Below, one piece after another: positions 11,223 to 25,455 of a stretch of DNA of 64,000 nt. The position numbers and the translations under genes are program-made. Every line of letters starts with the position of its first letter. Position 1 is the stretch's first letter. The notes beneath the pieces were generated by a model. The model was given only the letters and a program-made list of their open reading frames with translations. It was not told the origin of the DNA and searched no databases. The DNA comes from Octopus vulgaris (lineage: Eukaryota), in contig OX597829.1 in the NCBI GenBank assembly GCA_951406725.2, positions 30,628,001-30,692,000 of the forward strand. The letters run 5' to 3'.

Positions 11223-12000
11223 GAAGTAATGTTTTCTGTTATAAAAATCAATATAATTTTATTCCATATTTTCCCCTTGTTTATTAACCTTCGTATATCA
11301 TCCAACAACTTAAGGTCTTTTATTGTTGATACATCTATCTCACAGGCAATGAAAATATTTTCATTTTTACCCTTCCGACAACACATTGCAGCTTATGTAA
11401 TAGAGTAAAGCGAAGAAATAAAACCATGATATAAAAATAATAAAAGTCAATTAACTGTAATGAACGGTAAACAAAGAACCAGAAAGCAAAGTTGAGTTAT
11501 TAAAACGGTTTAAGGTCAAATGTCAGATGAACCTTTGTTACGTCACTTCAACGGTGGAGGCGTTTTTTATTCGTATTTCACCGTTTCTATACGATAAACC
11601 GTTAACTCTTCTTTTAAGTCTTCAAATTATATGATATTTGGATTCATCAGAGAAATACAACTGCAATATCGTGAACAATAACAATTAAATATACACTTTT
11701 TGAATTATTTTTTTAATGTGGTTTCATTTGAAAGACCAGAGAGAAAAAAAAGGGAGAAAATATTTTGAGGTCTTTGCATATATTTCTTTACTAATTTATT
11801 CGGTAAGTTAATTCCAGTGTTTTATTCTTCGAACGATTTCTAGAATCAGTCATTCATATGTCAGAAACTTCGGGATTTTTTTTTTAAATATTAGTTTGCT
11901 GGTTAATTTGTCTTAAGTATTTTTGCACTGTCGCCTAGTCGAAAACAAGGTTTTTGGATTCGCATGCGCTACCTTCTTAACGATAACGTCTGTTAATTAA
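10410..12000 (+). promoter_or_regulatory. Putative host-gene promoter and first non-coding exon(s)
   Basis: Visibly more CpG and no TEs; CRE-like GTTACGTCA twice (~10413, ~11537), YY1-like AAAATGGCG (~10450), NRF1-like CGCATGCGC (11961); donors CG|GTAAGC (10914) and CG|GTAAGT (11802). Confidence 0.5.
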
Positions 12001-12208
12001 TTCCTATGTCCGTTTTAATTGCAATTAGATTTCGTGCTGTGTGAAGTGTGAAGAATATGAATACAAATACTGTTTCAACACATGATACATACTACCTCTT
12101 ACCACTCCATTGTTTTATGTAATTACATAAAGCAGATTCATAAAAAATGTTTGGCCCCCCCGCCAACTGATAGCACTAAGCATAACATTTGTATAGAGAC
12201 CACAATCC

Positions 12209-12631
12209 GGCAATCTTTCGTCTCTAGTAGACCTTTCCGTCGATTTCCGTAAATTTTTTTTTTTTTTTACATATGGGCTTGCGGGAACTTTTGAAGTAAT
12301 GAGAGCGAAAGAGACTAAGAGAAAGCAATTGTATGACGAGGGAAGTTCTTTTGAAGTTACCATGCATGTGAAGCATTGATGTACATGTGTGTGTGTGTGT
12401 TTGATGGGGTGTGGGAGACAGACAGTATGTTGTGTAAGTGAAGTGCTTCTGTTAGTGTGTGTGAAGAGACAGAGTAATGTGTGAAAGAAAGAGATAACTG
12501 AAATTTTTTACTCGGTGTATGTGTATATGTATGTATATTATTTCAAAAGTTCCCGCAAGCCCTTATGTAAAAAAAAAAAAAAATTTTTTACGGAAATCGA
12601 CGGAAAGGTCTACTAGAGACGAAAGATCGCC
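12209..12631. mobile_element. MITE with ~90-bp TIRs (Mutator-like GG...CC ends)
   Basis: GGCAATCTTTCGTCTCTAGTAGACCTTTCCGTCGATTTCCGTAAA... / ...TTTACGGAAATCGACGGAAAGGTCTACTAGAGACGAAAGATCGCC. Confidence 0.85.
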
Positions 12632-15600
12632 CATGATACATACTACCTCTTACCACTCCATTGTTTTATGTAATTGCATAAAGCAGATTCATAAAAATGT
12701 TTGGCCCCCAACTGATAGCACAACTGAGACCACAATCCTCTTAAAATTCTGTATGACTCTAACATTCTGTGTTTATTAAAACAACTGTTCAAACTTCCTG
12801 TGAACTCCACTTGCGACTTGGTTTTGTTTCCCGGTTAGTGACATTTCATTTCGTGGCTCTGTCGCTAAAGCGACAGATGAGATTGCCTTGTTGCGTTTCT
12901 TTCCATTTTAATTTCATATGCCGCTGGGGAAACAATTTCACCTTTCATCCTTCCTTCTGGCATGATAAAATAAATCAACTGTCAAAGAACAGGAGGCGAT
13001 ATTTAATATTCCTATAAAGCATCCTAGATGTGAATGGAATTATCTAAGAGAAGACTAAGACTAAATTATGTACTTCGTCAAAATTTGTTGCATTGTGCTA
13101 TCATTAGCAACAAGAATTTCCCGCTGAACGTTATTTTCAGCATAAAGAGACCCTTTTTTTTGGTTTTTTTTTGCGGTGGAGGTGGTGGTGGACTGTTTAA
13201 ACCTTGACGAGTATTATTTTTTTATCGAACACCAAAAGACGAAAATAGGTGAAGTTGTCCACAACAAGACTTGTCCGCAGAACACAAAAGGATATATCTG
13301 AATCACAGTTGCGTACTTAAGACAGAAGGTTAGCAATTTTAAAGGGATGGGGTGGGGGTAGTCGATGCCATCGACTCTTGTATACCCTCATCTGTTTCCA
13401 AACATGGTAATATTTCCCCCTGGTTAGTCATGTTTACGCAAAAGATTAGAAATGAACAACACCGCATGTATAATGGTGACGCTCGTTTACGACCAAGACA
13501 AGGAGACGTAGCCACCCATAGACATACATTTTAATGTGTGTATGATGAAGTTCTTTCAGTTTCTCTCTACCAAATTCACTCACCAAATTCACATCCTGAG
13601 GCTGTAGTAAAAAACTCAGAGTCTACTTAGTTCTTTTATCAAGTCCAAATATTTTTCGGCTTTTCCTGTTTCTTACATTACTTCCACCATTTCTTACTTT
13701 ACTACCGTTATATGGTTACAGCCAGCATCTTCTTGGGGTTGGACAATTGTAAGAGCATGGGATAAATTAACTGCATCAGTTGTTAACTGCCAGAACACTG
13801 TATCCTTCAAAAATTCCATGATTCTCAAAATTTGTCAACACTATTCTTGACATACTTATTCCTGGCTTTTCTCTTTATGATTCTTTTATTACTTGCTTTT
13901 TTGTATTTTATTTTGTGTACTGTGCATGTACTTTTGGCTTTCATCACTGTGTTTCTTTACTTGACTTACTGTTGTGTTTTATTCCCTTTTTTACTCCTTT
14001 CTGACAAATTGTAGTGCATCTGTGCACTGTATACAATAAACTTCATTGTTTTTATTAGATTTTCATAAGTGGTGAGCTGGAAGAATCATTAAAGTGTTGG
14101 ATAAAATGCTGTGCAGTGTCTCTTCTGGCTCTTTGTGTTCTGCTTTTAACTCCCTTTCAGGTCAGCTTTGCCTTTCAACCTTTAGGGACTGATAAAAATA
14201 AAGTACCAGTCAAGTATTGTGGATAATTATAAGGGGAGGGCTTTGTTTGCCCTCCCCTTATAATTACTAGCCATGTGCCTTAATAAGGAAGCATTATTAG
14301 ATTTCCAAGGTTTCTCAACCTCTAGGCCCATTCAGTAGTAAATTTGGATATAATCTACTTTAGTTCTTTGTGTGTGTATAATGGTTTTAGAATAGGTACA
14401 CTACAACCCTACATGCTGTAAAAGGTATTCAAAAAAATTTGTGACAGGAAGGGCATACAGCTGTAAAACAGTGTCTCAAAAAATTTGCCCAACCCTTGTC
14501 GGTATAGAAATGTGGATGTCAAGTGTTGATTGTGATTACTTATACAATTGTATCTAATCTCTGGACCTTTGTTACATGGTCTGTCTATACAGGATTTTCA
14601 TGAGATATATTAACACTAACATAACTGTTGCATTGTTTTTTCCCATGTGGACAGCGTGCAATAGTTATGTAATCTCTGAATATTTCTGTTTTTCTTCACC
14701 AACCAATGTACAGCCTTGTGTCTTAGTGATTCTCTCATAAGTAATTTGGTAAATACAGTGATGTCTCTGTTTTCCTAGGCTCTCTAATAAAATTGAAATA
14801 TGTCTGGAGTTGTTTCCTGTATTTTTACTGAAACACTTGAATAATAATAAGCAAGGTTTAATATTTTTTTTCTTTTGTCTTTCATCACTACATAATTGTT
14901 CCTAGTTAACTTTCTATCTGTGTTCCCTGCATTAAATATGCTATGTTAGCACTAATTTAGCAATTATATTTCATGACTGCTCTCTGTGTTTTTTTTTCAC
15001 TATGATGTAGTTAGTTATTAGAGAAATGCTGTGAGATCTTACAACCCTGTTATTGAATAGCATAACAAAATATAAAACAGTTCAGTTTTCCCTTTCTGAT
15101 CATAACTAGTCTGTATGTGTGTGGTTTTTACAAGCATACACCATGCAGTCTTACAGCTCTACTTATATTTTCAATGGTCTGTTTCTCTATTACATGGTCA
15201 GTGTTTAAAGAGAAATACTATGTGATATTGCAAGCCTTTCATATTCCATAACAAAATGTATAACATACTTTGATTTTATTCTTATATTCATATCTGGTCT
15301 CTGTGCCTCTATTATATGGTCAGTTACTGAGAAATATCACAGGATCTATCAGCTTTATTGTATAACATACTTCGATTTTTCTGTTATAATAAAGTCTGGT
15401 CTCTGTGTTTCTGTCACATGAACAGCTTGTACAAACATATATCACTTTCATATGAATCTGGTTTAGTAAAAACTGTACAGGGTTGTACGCAAGAGTGGGC
15501 ATAACTTTTTCATTGACACATCATTCAAATTGCTCATGTTAGGAGAGTAACTCTTCTACTTTACAAAAATACTATTCAACATAAGCTATATTAAGAGCGA

Positions 15601-16089
15601 TGCATTTGTGCCATTGTTTAACTCTAGAATCCTATATGCATACATACATGCATACATGTACAAACACACACATACATGAGAGAAAGAGAGAGAGGTGATC
15701 AGTAACAATCATAATCATCATTTAATGTCCATTTCCCGTGCTGGCATGGGTTGGATAGTTTGACAGGAGCTGGCAAGCCAGAAGACTGCACCAGGCTTCA
15801 TTGTCTGTTTTGGCATGGTTTTTATAGCTGGATGCCCTTCCTAAAACCAACTGCCTTACAGAGTGAACTTGAGTGCTTTTTATGTGACATCAGCATTAGT
15901 GAGGTCTGTTTTGGCATGTTTTTTTTTATGGCTGGAGGCTTTATAGAGGGGTCTGTGTGCTTTTTATATGGCATTAAATAATAAAAAAAAGGAATGATGA
16001 ATAGAACATTATTATAATGAAGGATTATTATTATAATTCTTCATTGGGCTGAACAGGTATAAGTTGGTGGGGGCCAAATCCTAGCAATG

Positions 16090-16900
16090 TAGTGGATGGG
16101 GAATCACTGACCAGCTTAGTTTGTCCACAGCATAGTTTGTTGTCAAAGCTGTGTGAGGTCATGCATTGTCATGGTGAATTTGGATTATTTTCAGATTCTT
16201 GTTTGTTCTCTTTCTCCTAATGGCTCTCTAAGCTTTTTGATTGTCTCTCAGTAAGCTGCTAAGTGTTCATAGTACAGCCACACTCCAGAAAATAAAGGAG
16301 AACGATGTCTTTGTGATCCCCTAAAACAGTCACCATGAGTTTCTGTTTCAATTGCTGGCTCATGAGTTTCTTCAGCTTTGAAGGAGAGATGTAATGCCAT
16401 TCCGTGGCCTGACCTTTCATCTCCAGATTGTAAAGGTACACCTATGTGTCATCCCTATCACCAGACCAGAAGAAAATAGCATTTTCATTAGTTTCAAATT
16501 CTTTCAGCAGATCAGAGTAGATTTCCACTCTTCTCTCCTTCAAATTGTGTATCAGCTGCCAAGGTACTCACTTTGCACACTCTTTCTGATACCCAGAGTC
16601 TCCTGTTATTTTCTTTAATGCACTTTTACTAGAATCCAGTTCTATAACAAGCACATGGATTGTGATTATCTATCTATCTGTCTGTCTAAATCATTTCATC
16701 CACTTGCTGGCAATTCATGTCAACACAGTTGATGTTCTTCCCACTGCAAGGTTTGTCTTCAATATTGGTTTCATCCTTCTATGCACATTGCTCTTATCAA
16801 TGGTGTCATCCTTGTAAACAGAGTATGTAGCCTTCTTTGGAAGTTAGGCAGCCTGAACTCCTCTTTTGTCAAAAACTCTTATGACGGTGCATTGCTTGGA
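16090..16900 (-). mobile_element. Degenerate mariner transposase (catalytic region)
   Basis: YNLEMKGQATEWHYISPSKLKK...KLMVTVLGDHKDIVLLYFLECGCTMN resembles mariner YDPETK.QS.EW...KVM.TVFWD..GV...DFL..G.TIN. Confidence 0.75.
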
Positions 16901-17044
16901 ACCTATTATTTATTTACCAGCAGTGAAGAAGAATAGGAAGAAGAGTTAATCTACCAATGAATGCAGTTTGAATGCTCTATGTCAGTTAATTTAAATGCTA
17001 TGCCCACTTTGGTATTATTTTTTGTACAATTCTTGCATATTGTT

Positions 17045-17550
17045 AAATCCGAGATAGCACTATCCGACTCGTGGCTGATGCCAGTGCCGCATCCACTGGC
17101 TTCCGTGCTGGGGGCACGTAAAATACACCAATCCAACCGGATGACAGGCACCCATGCCAACCCCCTTTGCTTGCGAAGACATGTTGGGGCAAGCGAAATC
17201 GAAATCGAATTGAACCAGCCAGGATCCCTGGTCTGGTGGTACGTAAAAAGCACTATCCGACTCATGGCTGATGCCAGCGCCGCCTCGACTGGCTTTCGTG
17301 CCGGTGGCACATAAAATACACCAATCCGACTGTGGCCGTTGCCAGCCTCACCTGGCACCTGTGCAGGTGGCATGTAAAAAGCACCCACTACACTCACGGA
17401 GTGGTTCGCGTTAGGAAGGGCATCCAGCTGTAGAAACACTGCCAGATAAGACTGGAGCCTGGTGCAGCCTTCTGGCTTCCCAGATCCCCGGTCGAACCGT
17501 CCAACCCATGCTAGCATGGAGAACGGACGTTAAACGATGATGATGATGAT
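17045..17550 (+). mobile_element. RTE LINE 3' UTR-derived repeat with (GAT)n tail
   Basis: Tandem GGTGGCACGTAAAAAGCAC units, GTTAGGAAGGGCATCCAGCTGTAGAAAC, tail AAACGATGATGATG; same 3' end is attached to RT remnants at 23175-24362 and 61672-62600. Confidence 0.8.
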
Positions 17551-18790
17551 AGCATCTATCTAGATTCCCATTAATTTGGGGAGTATACCATTTGCAAAGC
17601 TTTTTCAACATAAGTTTCTGTAGCTTGATATTTTTTTTTTTCTTAAAGAAAAGTTTTCATGATTCAAGGGAGAGGTCAGTGTTGTTCTTTGATCTTCCCA
17701 AAGTTTGACCAGTCAGAATTAATCTTTTTGAACTTGAAATGCTATCAGTTGACAACATCTGAGATTCTAAAATTAGATGTCCATATTTACAACTCCACTA
17801 TCATACAGTATAACATGCTTTACCTTGGGCACTTAACTCCTCATGAAGTCATAGGGACATTGTCATAAAAATGTCAGCATGTCTTAGGCCCTTTTCTTAA
17901 ACCTGGTGGAGCCTGTCCCTTTCCAGATCTAGCAACATAGAGGCAAAATTCTTTCAGAAAGGTGAGAGAAAGAAAGTCCTACACTTTCATTTAGAGAGCC
18001 TCTGCATGGTTGTTTGAGCTGCTATAAATAGCAGACAACAATGGGCTGTTACTTTATGAACAATGTGAAGATGAAAGGCAAAGTTGACCTTGGTGTTATT
18101 TGAGTTTGAAGAGCAGTAAGCTGGAATGAATACATGAATACTGCAAAACATTGTATCTGATGTTGTAATGACTGATCTAATTTATTACTTTATTACTAAA
18201 TCATACTTCAAATTTTCTTTTATGATGATCCTATCAGTTTTCTGTGTCAGTTTTTTATAGATAAATAACAATCATACAACTCTGTTATTATCTGGTATGA
18301 CAATAGATATGGTCAGAGTTTGATCTCAATTACATAACAGTTTGTATATAGCAAATGGTTTCTAAATGTTTTTATTACCTTGTAATATCATCTCCATATG
18401 CCAAAAGTACACAGTACTTATACTTTTAAATTTAAAAGCTTGTGATACCTTTAACTTACTCTCTATGATACTTTAGGGTGTCCCAATATCACAGCTGGAC
18501 ACCATTGGTATAGAGCAATTTTATAGGATCTTACTAGAAGTAATCTTATTATAAAAGGGAAGCTGATCTCCATTTATCTGTCTATAACAAAATCTGTGTA
18601 GAGAGAGGGAAGAAGGGGAGGAGAAAAAGTAGTTGTTGAAAGAGGAATACAGTGAGAGAGTGTCACCTTTAGGAACTGACAAGTTTTTATTAAAAATGCG
18701 GGAATTTTAGGTGCAAATCTGTCAACACAGCGCAACAAACTTAAAAAAAAGACTGTGTGTATGTATACATACACATACACACACACACAC

Positions 18791-18831
<41 letters not shown>

Positions 18832-18871
18832 GGGTGACTTGTTAGCAATTTTTCAACTGAAAGGCAAAAAT

Positions 18872-19078
18872 ATATATGTCACTAAAGTGACTAAGAGTGC
18901 TAGTCAGCACCAGTATTGCTAGAAATAAGAGTCAAGACAACTCATAGCCATGATAAGCACTGTCTTAATGACTGACAAGGGAGGCAAGCTCCTTCATCAC
19001 TGAGGGAGTTGTTTTGACTCTTTTTTTCTAGCAATACTGGTGCCGACTAGTGCCCTGAGTTGCTTTAGTGAAATATAT
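18872..19078. repeat. Palindromic element with ~70-bp inverted arms
   Basis: CACTAAAG...CTAGTCAGCACCAGTATTGCTAGAAA...AGAGTCAAGACAACTC versus GAGTTGTTTTGACTC...TTTCTAGCAATACTGGTGCCGACTAG...CTTTAGTG. Confidence 0.75.
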
Positions 19079-19532
19079 CTGTCTGTCTGTTTGTCTGCTT
19101 GTTTATACATCTATCTTCGTCTTTTGTTTTACTGTAAATTTCAACTATATATATAATAACGTATAGTTAATTTTTTGTATTTTGTGTGTGTGTTCCTGTA
19201 TGTCTTTCACTTTGAAGAATTTATGGAGGTGCGTGCATTATTAACAAATAAATTTTATTTGCAGCACGGTGACTTGTACAATCTAGTTTTCAGTAACAAC
19301 TTTTGGCTGGCAATGATACTTAGTTTTTGTGTGCTTTGAATCCACATTTCCTACCAATCCTTTAGTGTATCTTTTACTTTATGATCCTCAGCAGGAGATT
19401 CTAAGAGTATCTGTGGGATTAATTTGGTCACGTACGCCTTTAACATAATGAATGTACCCATTCAAATAAAATTGTGGCTCTTTTTCATTTTTACCTTACA
19501 TTCCAAAATGAATGGAACGAAAAATGAATTCA

Positions 19533-19935
19533 TGGCTTTGTGGTTAAGAAGCTTGCTTTGCAATCACATGGCTTCATGTTCAACCCTACAGTACAGCACC
19601 CTGGGCAAGTGTTTTTTGCTATAACTTTAGATTGACTAATACCTTGTGAATGAATTTGGTAGAAGGAAACTGTTAAAGCCTGTTGTGTGTGTGTCTGTAT
19701 ACATGTATATCTGTGTGTGCTCAAATGTGTGTATATGTTTGTTTCTCCAGCAGTGCTTGACAACCAGTGTTGGTTTATTTATGCCCCATAACTTAGCCCT
19801 TTGGTAAAGAGACCAACAAAATAAGTACTAGACTTAAAAAATAAATATTGGGTTAATTTGTTTTGACTAAACTCTTTGAGTGGTGCCCCAGTATGACCAC
19901 AGTCCAATGACTGAAACAAGTAAAAGATAAAAAAG
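19533..19935 (+). mobile_element. Family A SINE (degenerate)
   Basis: Head, body and GACTGAAACAAGTAAAAGA tail are all recognisable. Confidence 0.75.
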
Positions 19936-20213
19936 ATGTACAATATTTCAATTATTGCTTACAATTCCTGCAATCTCTTTTCAGTAAAGTATTACTTCGG
20001 TGCTTATTTTTTTGCTGGTGGTGGTGTTGTTGTTGGTGTTGGTGGTTAATAATAATACCATACATTTCAATATCATTTTGTTTGCATTGGCCTTATTGAC
20101 ATGTCTCAATACACTGCATCTGAAATAAAATTAAAATTTCTGGAGAATTCATTTGAAAATCATGAACAAGGACCATGCAATAGAATATTTGAAGTAAACC
20201 GATATGTTATTTC

Positions 20214-20442
20214 ATATTTCTTTACTGCCCACAAGGGGCTACACACAGAGGGGACCAATAAGGACAGACAAATGGATTAAGTCGATTATATCGACCCCAG
20301 TGCATAACTGGTACTTATTTAATTGACCCCGAAAGGATGAAAGGCAAAGTCGACCTTGGCGGAATTTAAACTCAGAACGTAGTGGCAGACGAAATAATGC
20401 TAAGCATTTCACCCGGCATGCTAACATTTCTGCCAGCTCGCT
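20214..20442 (-). mobile_element. Family B SINE with 13-bp TSD
   Basis: TSD GATATGTTATTTC at 20201-20213 and 20443-20455. Confidence 0.85.
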
Positions 20443-22439
20443 GATATGTTATTTCTATAAGATATTCCTTTGAGACCGTCTTTGCAATGACGTTGCCTCT
20501 GTCTACCCTACCCATGGTTTCACTCATTTCATGACTACATGCAACAACTGGTATGATGGTAATCTTGTACACTTTCCACACTATATACCTGTAATTATCG
20601 AATATTTTCAGTACTGACCATTAAACAATATTAATGGCATCAAATTCACTGCTCTTGGAGAGCTTTCAGCCTCCTCAGCAAGTAAAATAAATAGTCTGCT
20701 TATATTTTGGTCCTCTGTTTTTAACCTGGTACAAATAGCAACAAAGTCTTTCTCAAATCACACTTTGAATAAAGGACACTGGATAATGTAGTCTTATACA
20801 TATTCTTAATTTGTTTTCTTTGCATGCATTTATTTTCTTAATTCACTGGGTCTGGAAGAAATGCCAGTGCCTACTTTCTGCTAGTTGTCTGAGATTGGTA
20901 AAGTTGGTGTCATTAATGTTCCATTTAAACCATTGCAAGCCAACAGGAAAGGAATTCCAGAGTGTTAATGTTCTTTGGAGAAAAGACTAGGTGTAGTGGT
21001 TATTGCATGGCCTGGTGAAGTTAGATGAGAGGAAGAGAGAAGGAATCACGTGTGAGTGTACAAAACCAGCTAATTCTGAGGAACAGACACCATTATATTA
21101 GTTGTAAAAAAGGCAGAGAGCCTGGAGTGGAGTCACAGCTAAAAAACCTCTGACCATATGCCTGCTTCATCAGGATTGACCCAGTTTAGCACCAGCACTT
21201 CCATTACAATACCCTCTTTCCTTATTGTTCTACTCAGAACGGTTAATAATGACAAGGAATTTGGAAGGGATATCAATAAATTCAATATCTCTTTGAAGTT
21301 GTTACCCAATAAATTCCAGGCTGACCAGATTAATTTTCAAGTTGCTAATCATTGGGACATTAGTGACTCTTGTTACTTTCTGGGGCATAGCATAAATATA
21401 GAAAAGCTTGGTATATCTATGGCAAGTCAACTTGATGGAGCTCGTCTTCATTTATCCAGGTTATATCCAACAGTGATAGGGTAATAATTCTGCTTACTGC
21501 AATGTTTTATTCATCACCTGTGTTTCTGATTACTCTCAGGTGGGAGTTAAGTATCTTGATTACAGCAACATCTAGTGGTGGTTGTTTACAAGGTATGCAC
21601 TGGCAGCCACATGACTGCTTTTCTTGTACCCTATCAACTTGGTTATCTATACTCTCTCTCCCTATCACAGCTGTATGTTGCCTTGTTATATTCATATAAG
21701 TAAACTAAAAGTATACATTAGATTGCACAGATCCATCTATTTTTAACAGCAAGTTGTTTCAGCTCATATAACTACCACTGTCGGGAAAGCAAGGTAGTGA
21801 GCGAGCAACATGTGTAGTGTATGTCAGGAGTGTATATCAAGGGCGTTGACTCTAATAGACATTAACCCTATTTTTTACTGCTTTTACATTTTGTGTACTA
21901 ATACATATATACAACCACATATATATAGGGAGTCATCTGAGAATCTCTAAGTCAGAAAAAATATGCACTCATATACTTGTCAATAGACTAATTGAAGTGT
22001 ACAGTATTATATATCCAAAACTGATTGGCAAGATCATCTGTAATGGATATATAATACTGTATGCTTAGATTAATAAATGTATAATATGTATATGTGATAT
22101 ACTGTCTCATTTGACATTTCACAAATCCCATGCACAATTACATTATTTTGCAGCCCCCGTGCAAAATTACATTTTAATAATGTTCTGTGTAACACTTTCT
22201 TTTTTCTCTACTCACCAATTTATATTCAATGTTTGCTACTAATACACTTCTCTCCCGCTCATGTATAATATATATAATTAATATGTGTGTGTATGTATAT
22301 GATGTATGTGTGTGTGTGTATATATATATAAAAACACAGCCAGATCAGACTGGAGCCTGAGCAGCCTCCTGGCTTCCCAGACCCCAGTTGACCCGTCCAA
22401 TCCATGCTAGTATGGAAAACAGACGTTAAACAATGATGA

Positions 22440-22473
<34 letters not shown>

Positions 22474-23174
22474 GCTGTGTGTCTATGTGTAAAATATTTT
22501 GTTGGTTGTATACATTATGATTTGTTTAAGAATTTCATCTGAGAATACTAAAATTTAGAAAAAGGTCTCAATACAAGGAAAAGTAGACAGAATAAAATGC
22601 CTACAAATGATTACCTGACAGTTGTACAAAATGTTTCAGTGCTAATACATTTTTATCTAAGATATAAAATAAACAAAAAAACAATTTCTTTTTCTCTCCT
22701 ACTCTTGCTATTCTACATTCTATACCTTTGCAAAAATGCATCAGCTTTGAAATACTTGTACAAGTGTCAGGTATCTACATGCATACATGTGTGTGTGTGT
22801 GTGTGTGTGTGTTAAGCACAGGCATAGCTGTGTGAATAAGATGTTTGCTTTGCAACTACATAGTTAGGGTTCAGTCCCACTGTGTGGTTGTTTTGACCAA
22901 ATAGCTACTGCTATAGTTCTGAATGATTCGGCAGAATGATATATATGTATGGTATGCTTGTGTCTCAGATTGTGTCTCATCACTTGACTACTGGGGTTAA
23001 TATGATTTATTAAACCATTTAATGGCAATGCCCCAGTATAGAAGCAGTCCGGTGACTGAAACAAGTAAAAAAAAAATAAACAGTCAGTAGCCAGAATATT
23101 AGCATAGGAGCTTTCTATGAGTGTACTCAAAAGTGTTTCACATAAACTTAAAGTGTGTGACTCTGCTCGAGCTG

Positions 23175-24362
23175 TAGGAAAGGCGTAAGTAGAAATTTCA
23201 TAAGATGCACCTGGTGTAAGCTTTGGACACATAAGAGGTGCAGCAATATCAGAGGGAAACTAGTTATTGTGTGTGGAAGGTGTACAGGTACAATTAACAC
23301 TAAAAACGTACAGAAAATAGACTCCATCAAATGCCAGAGGGAAAAACTAGAAGTAGTTGATAGCCTCCATTACCTAGGTGACCAAGTCAGTAGCAGGGGT
23401 GGATGCTCTGAGAGTTTAGCTGCTAGAATAAGAATGGGTTGGGTAAAGTTCAGAGAGCTCCCACTGTTGGTAACAAAGGGCCTCTCCCTCAGAATGAAAG
23501 GCAGATTGTATGATGTCTGTGTGCGAACAGCCGTACTACATAGCAGTGAAACATGAGCTGTGACTGCCAAGGACATGTGTAGGCTTGAAAGAAATGAAGC
23601 TTGTATGCTTTGCTGGTTGTGCAATGTCAGTGTGCATGCACGACAGTGAAAATGTCTTGAGAGAAAAGTTGGGCATAAAAGGCATCAGACGTGGTGTGCA
23701 AGAGAGATGATTGCATTGGTATGGTCATGTGATGTGTCTGGATGTGGACAGCTGTGTGAAGAAGTACTGATCTCTGCTGTGGAAGAGGGAGACCCAGGAA
23801 GATGTGGGATGAGATGGTGAAGCATGATTTTTGAATGTTGGGCCTCATGGAGGCAATGACCAGTGACCGAGACCTTTAGCAGTATGCTGTGCTTGAGAAG
23901 ATCTGTCAAGCCAAGTGAAATTGTAATTGCGACCATTGTTAGTATCACGTGACTGCCATGTAAAAAGCACCTTTTGAGTGTCGGGCCTCACAGGCAATGT
24001 GGCTAATGCTGGTGTTGCGTAACTGGCACCTATGTTGGTGGCATGTGAAAAGCACCTTTCAAGTGCTGGGCCACATAGTGGCAATGGAAAATTACCACAA
24101 TCTTTGGCAATGTGCTGTGCTTGAGAAGCCTAGTGAAATTGTAGTCATGACAGATACTGAAGTCATGAAACTGGCACCTGTGCTGGTGGCATGTAAAAGC
24201 ACCCATTACACTCTTGGAGTGGTTGGCGTTAGGAGGGGCATCCAGCTGTAGAAACCATGCCAAATCAGACTGGAGTTTGGTGCAGCCCTTCAGTTTACCA
24301 GCCCTGGTCAAACTGTCCAACCTTTTCCAGCATGGACAATGGACATTAAATGATGATGATGA
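23175..24362 (+). mobile_element. 5'-truncated RTE LINE (RT C-terminus plus 3' UTR)
   Basis: CGRCTG...LEVVDSLHYLGDQVSS.GGCSES..ARIRMGW.KFREL...KGRLYD.CVR; (GAT)n tail. Confidence 0.85.
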
Positions 24363-24629
24363 GATATGTATACTTCAATTATCACTAATTTGTGACTGAG
24401 AGTGCAGGGTAGCACCTACATTGTTAGAAATCAGGGGTTAATACCTTTAAAGCTGCAAAAAACACATGTCTATGCACTGACAAGGGAGATAACTGCCTCA
24501 CAGCAAGTGACATCAGTGGTGGCTACTCCATTGCTGGATGGTTTGGCTGAATATGACCATCAGTGTATAGTATTGAATTTTTCCTTTTGGGTTTTATTTT
24601 ATGTATAACTGCCTTCATTATTTCATATA

Positions 24630-24679
<50 letters not shown>

Positions 24680-24776
24680 GTAGTCTGAATTACAAAAATA
24701 ACATTCAGTGTATGTCTATAACACACAAACACGTGTTTTTTCAGATTACATGATTGGATATGTTTGTACACACATG

Positions 24777-24838
<62 letters not shown>

Positions 24839-24841
<3 letters not shown>

Positions 24842-25455
24842 CATCATCATCATCATCTTTTAATGTACATTGTCCATACTGGCATAGGTTGGATGGTTTG
24901 ACCAGGGCTGGAAAACTGAGGGGCTGCACCAGACCTCAATCTGATTTGGCATGGTTTCTATGGCTGGATGCCCTTCCTAATACAACCACTCCAAGAGTGC
25001 TACCAACATGGGTGCCAGTTATGTGACACCAGTATCTGCCATAACTACGATTTTACTTGGCTAGATGGGTCTTCTTCTCAAGCACAGCATATTACCAGAG
25101 GTCTCGGTCATTTGTCATTGCCTCTGCAAGGCCCATTGCTTGAAAGGTGCTTTTATGTGCCACCAGCACAGGTGCCAGTTTTGTGCCATTGGTATCAATC
25201 ACATTGCCTCCATCAGGCCAAATGCTTGATAGGTGCTTTTTATGTGCCACCAGCACAGGTGCCAGGTGCGTGACATTGGCATTGGTCACAATGCCTCTGT
25301 GATACTGGCATTGTCCATGATTACAATTTCACTTAGCTTGACGAGTCTTCTTGAACATGGCATATTGCCAAAGGACTTGGTCACTAGTCATTGCCTCAAT
25401 GAGGCCCAATATTCATCACCTCATCCCATGTCTTTCTGGGTCTGCCTCTTCCACA
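24839..25455 (-). mobile_element. RTE LINE 3' end (degenerate)
   Basis: (CAT)n tail, GGATGCCCTTCCTAA, LAEAMTNDRDLW. Confidence 0.75.

Noticed and set aside
17055-17400. Spaced repeats GGTGGCACGTAAAAAGCAC resembling a CRISPR array
   Set aside because: Eukaryotic context, spacers are related to each other, no cas genes; part of the RTE 3' UTR.
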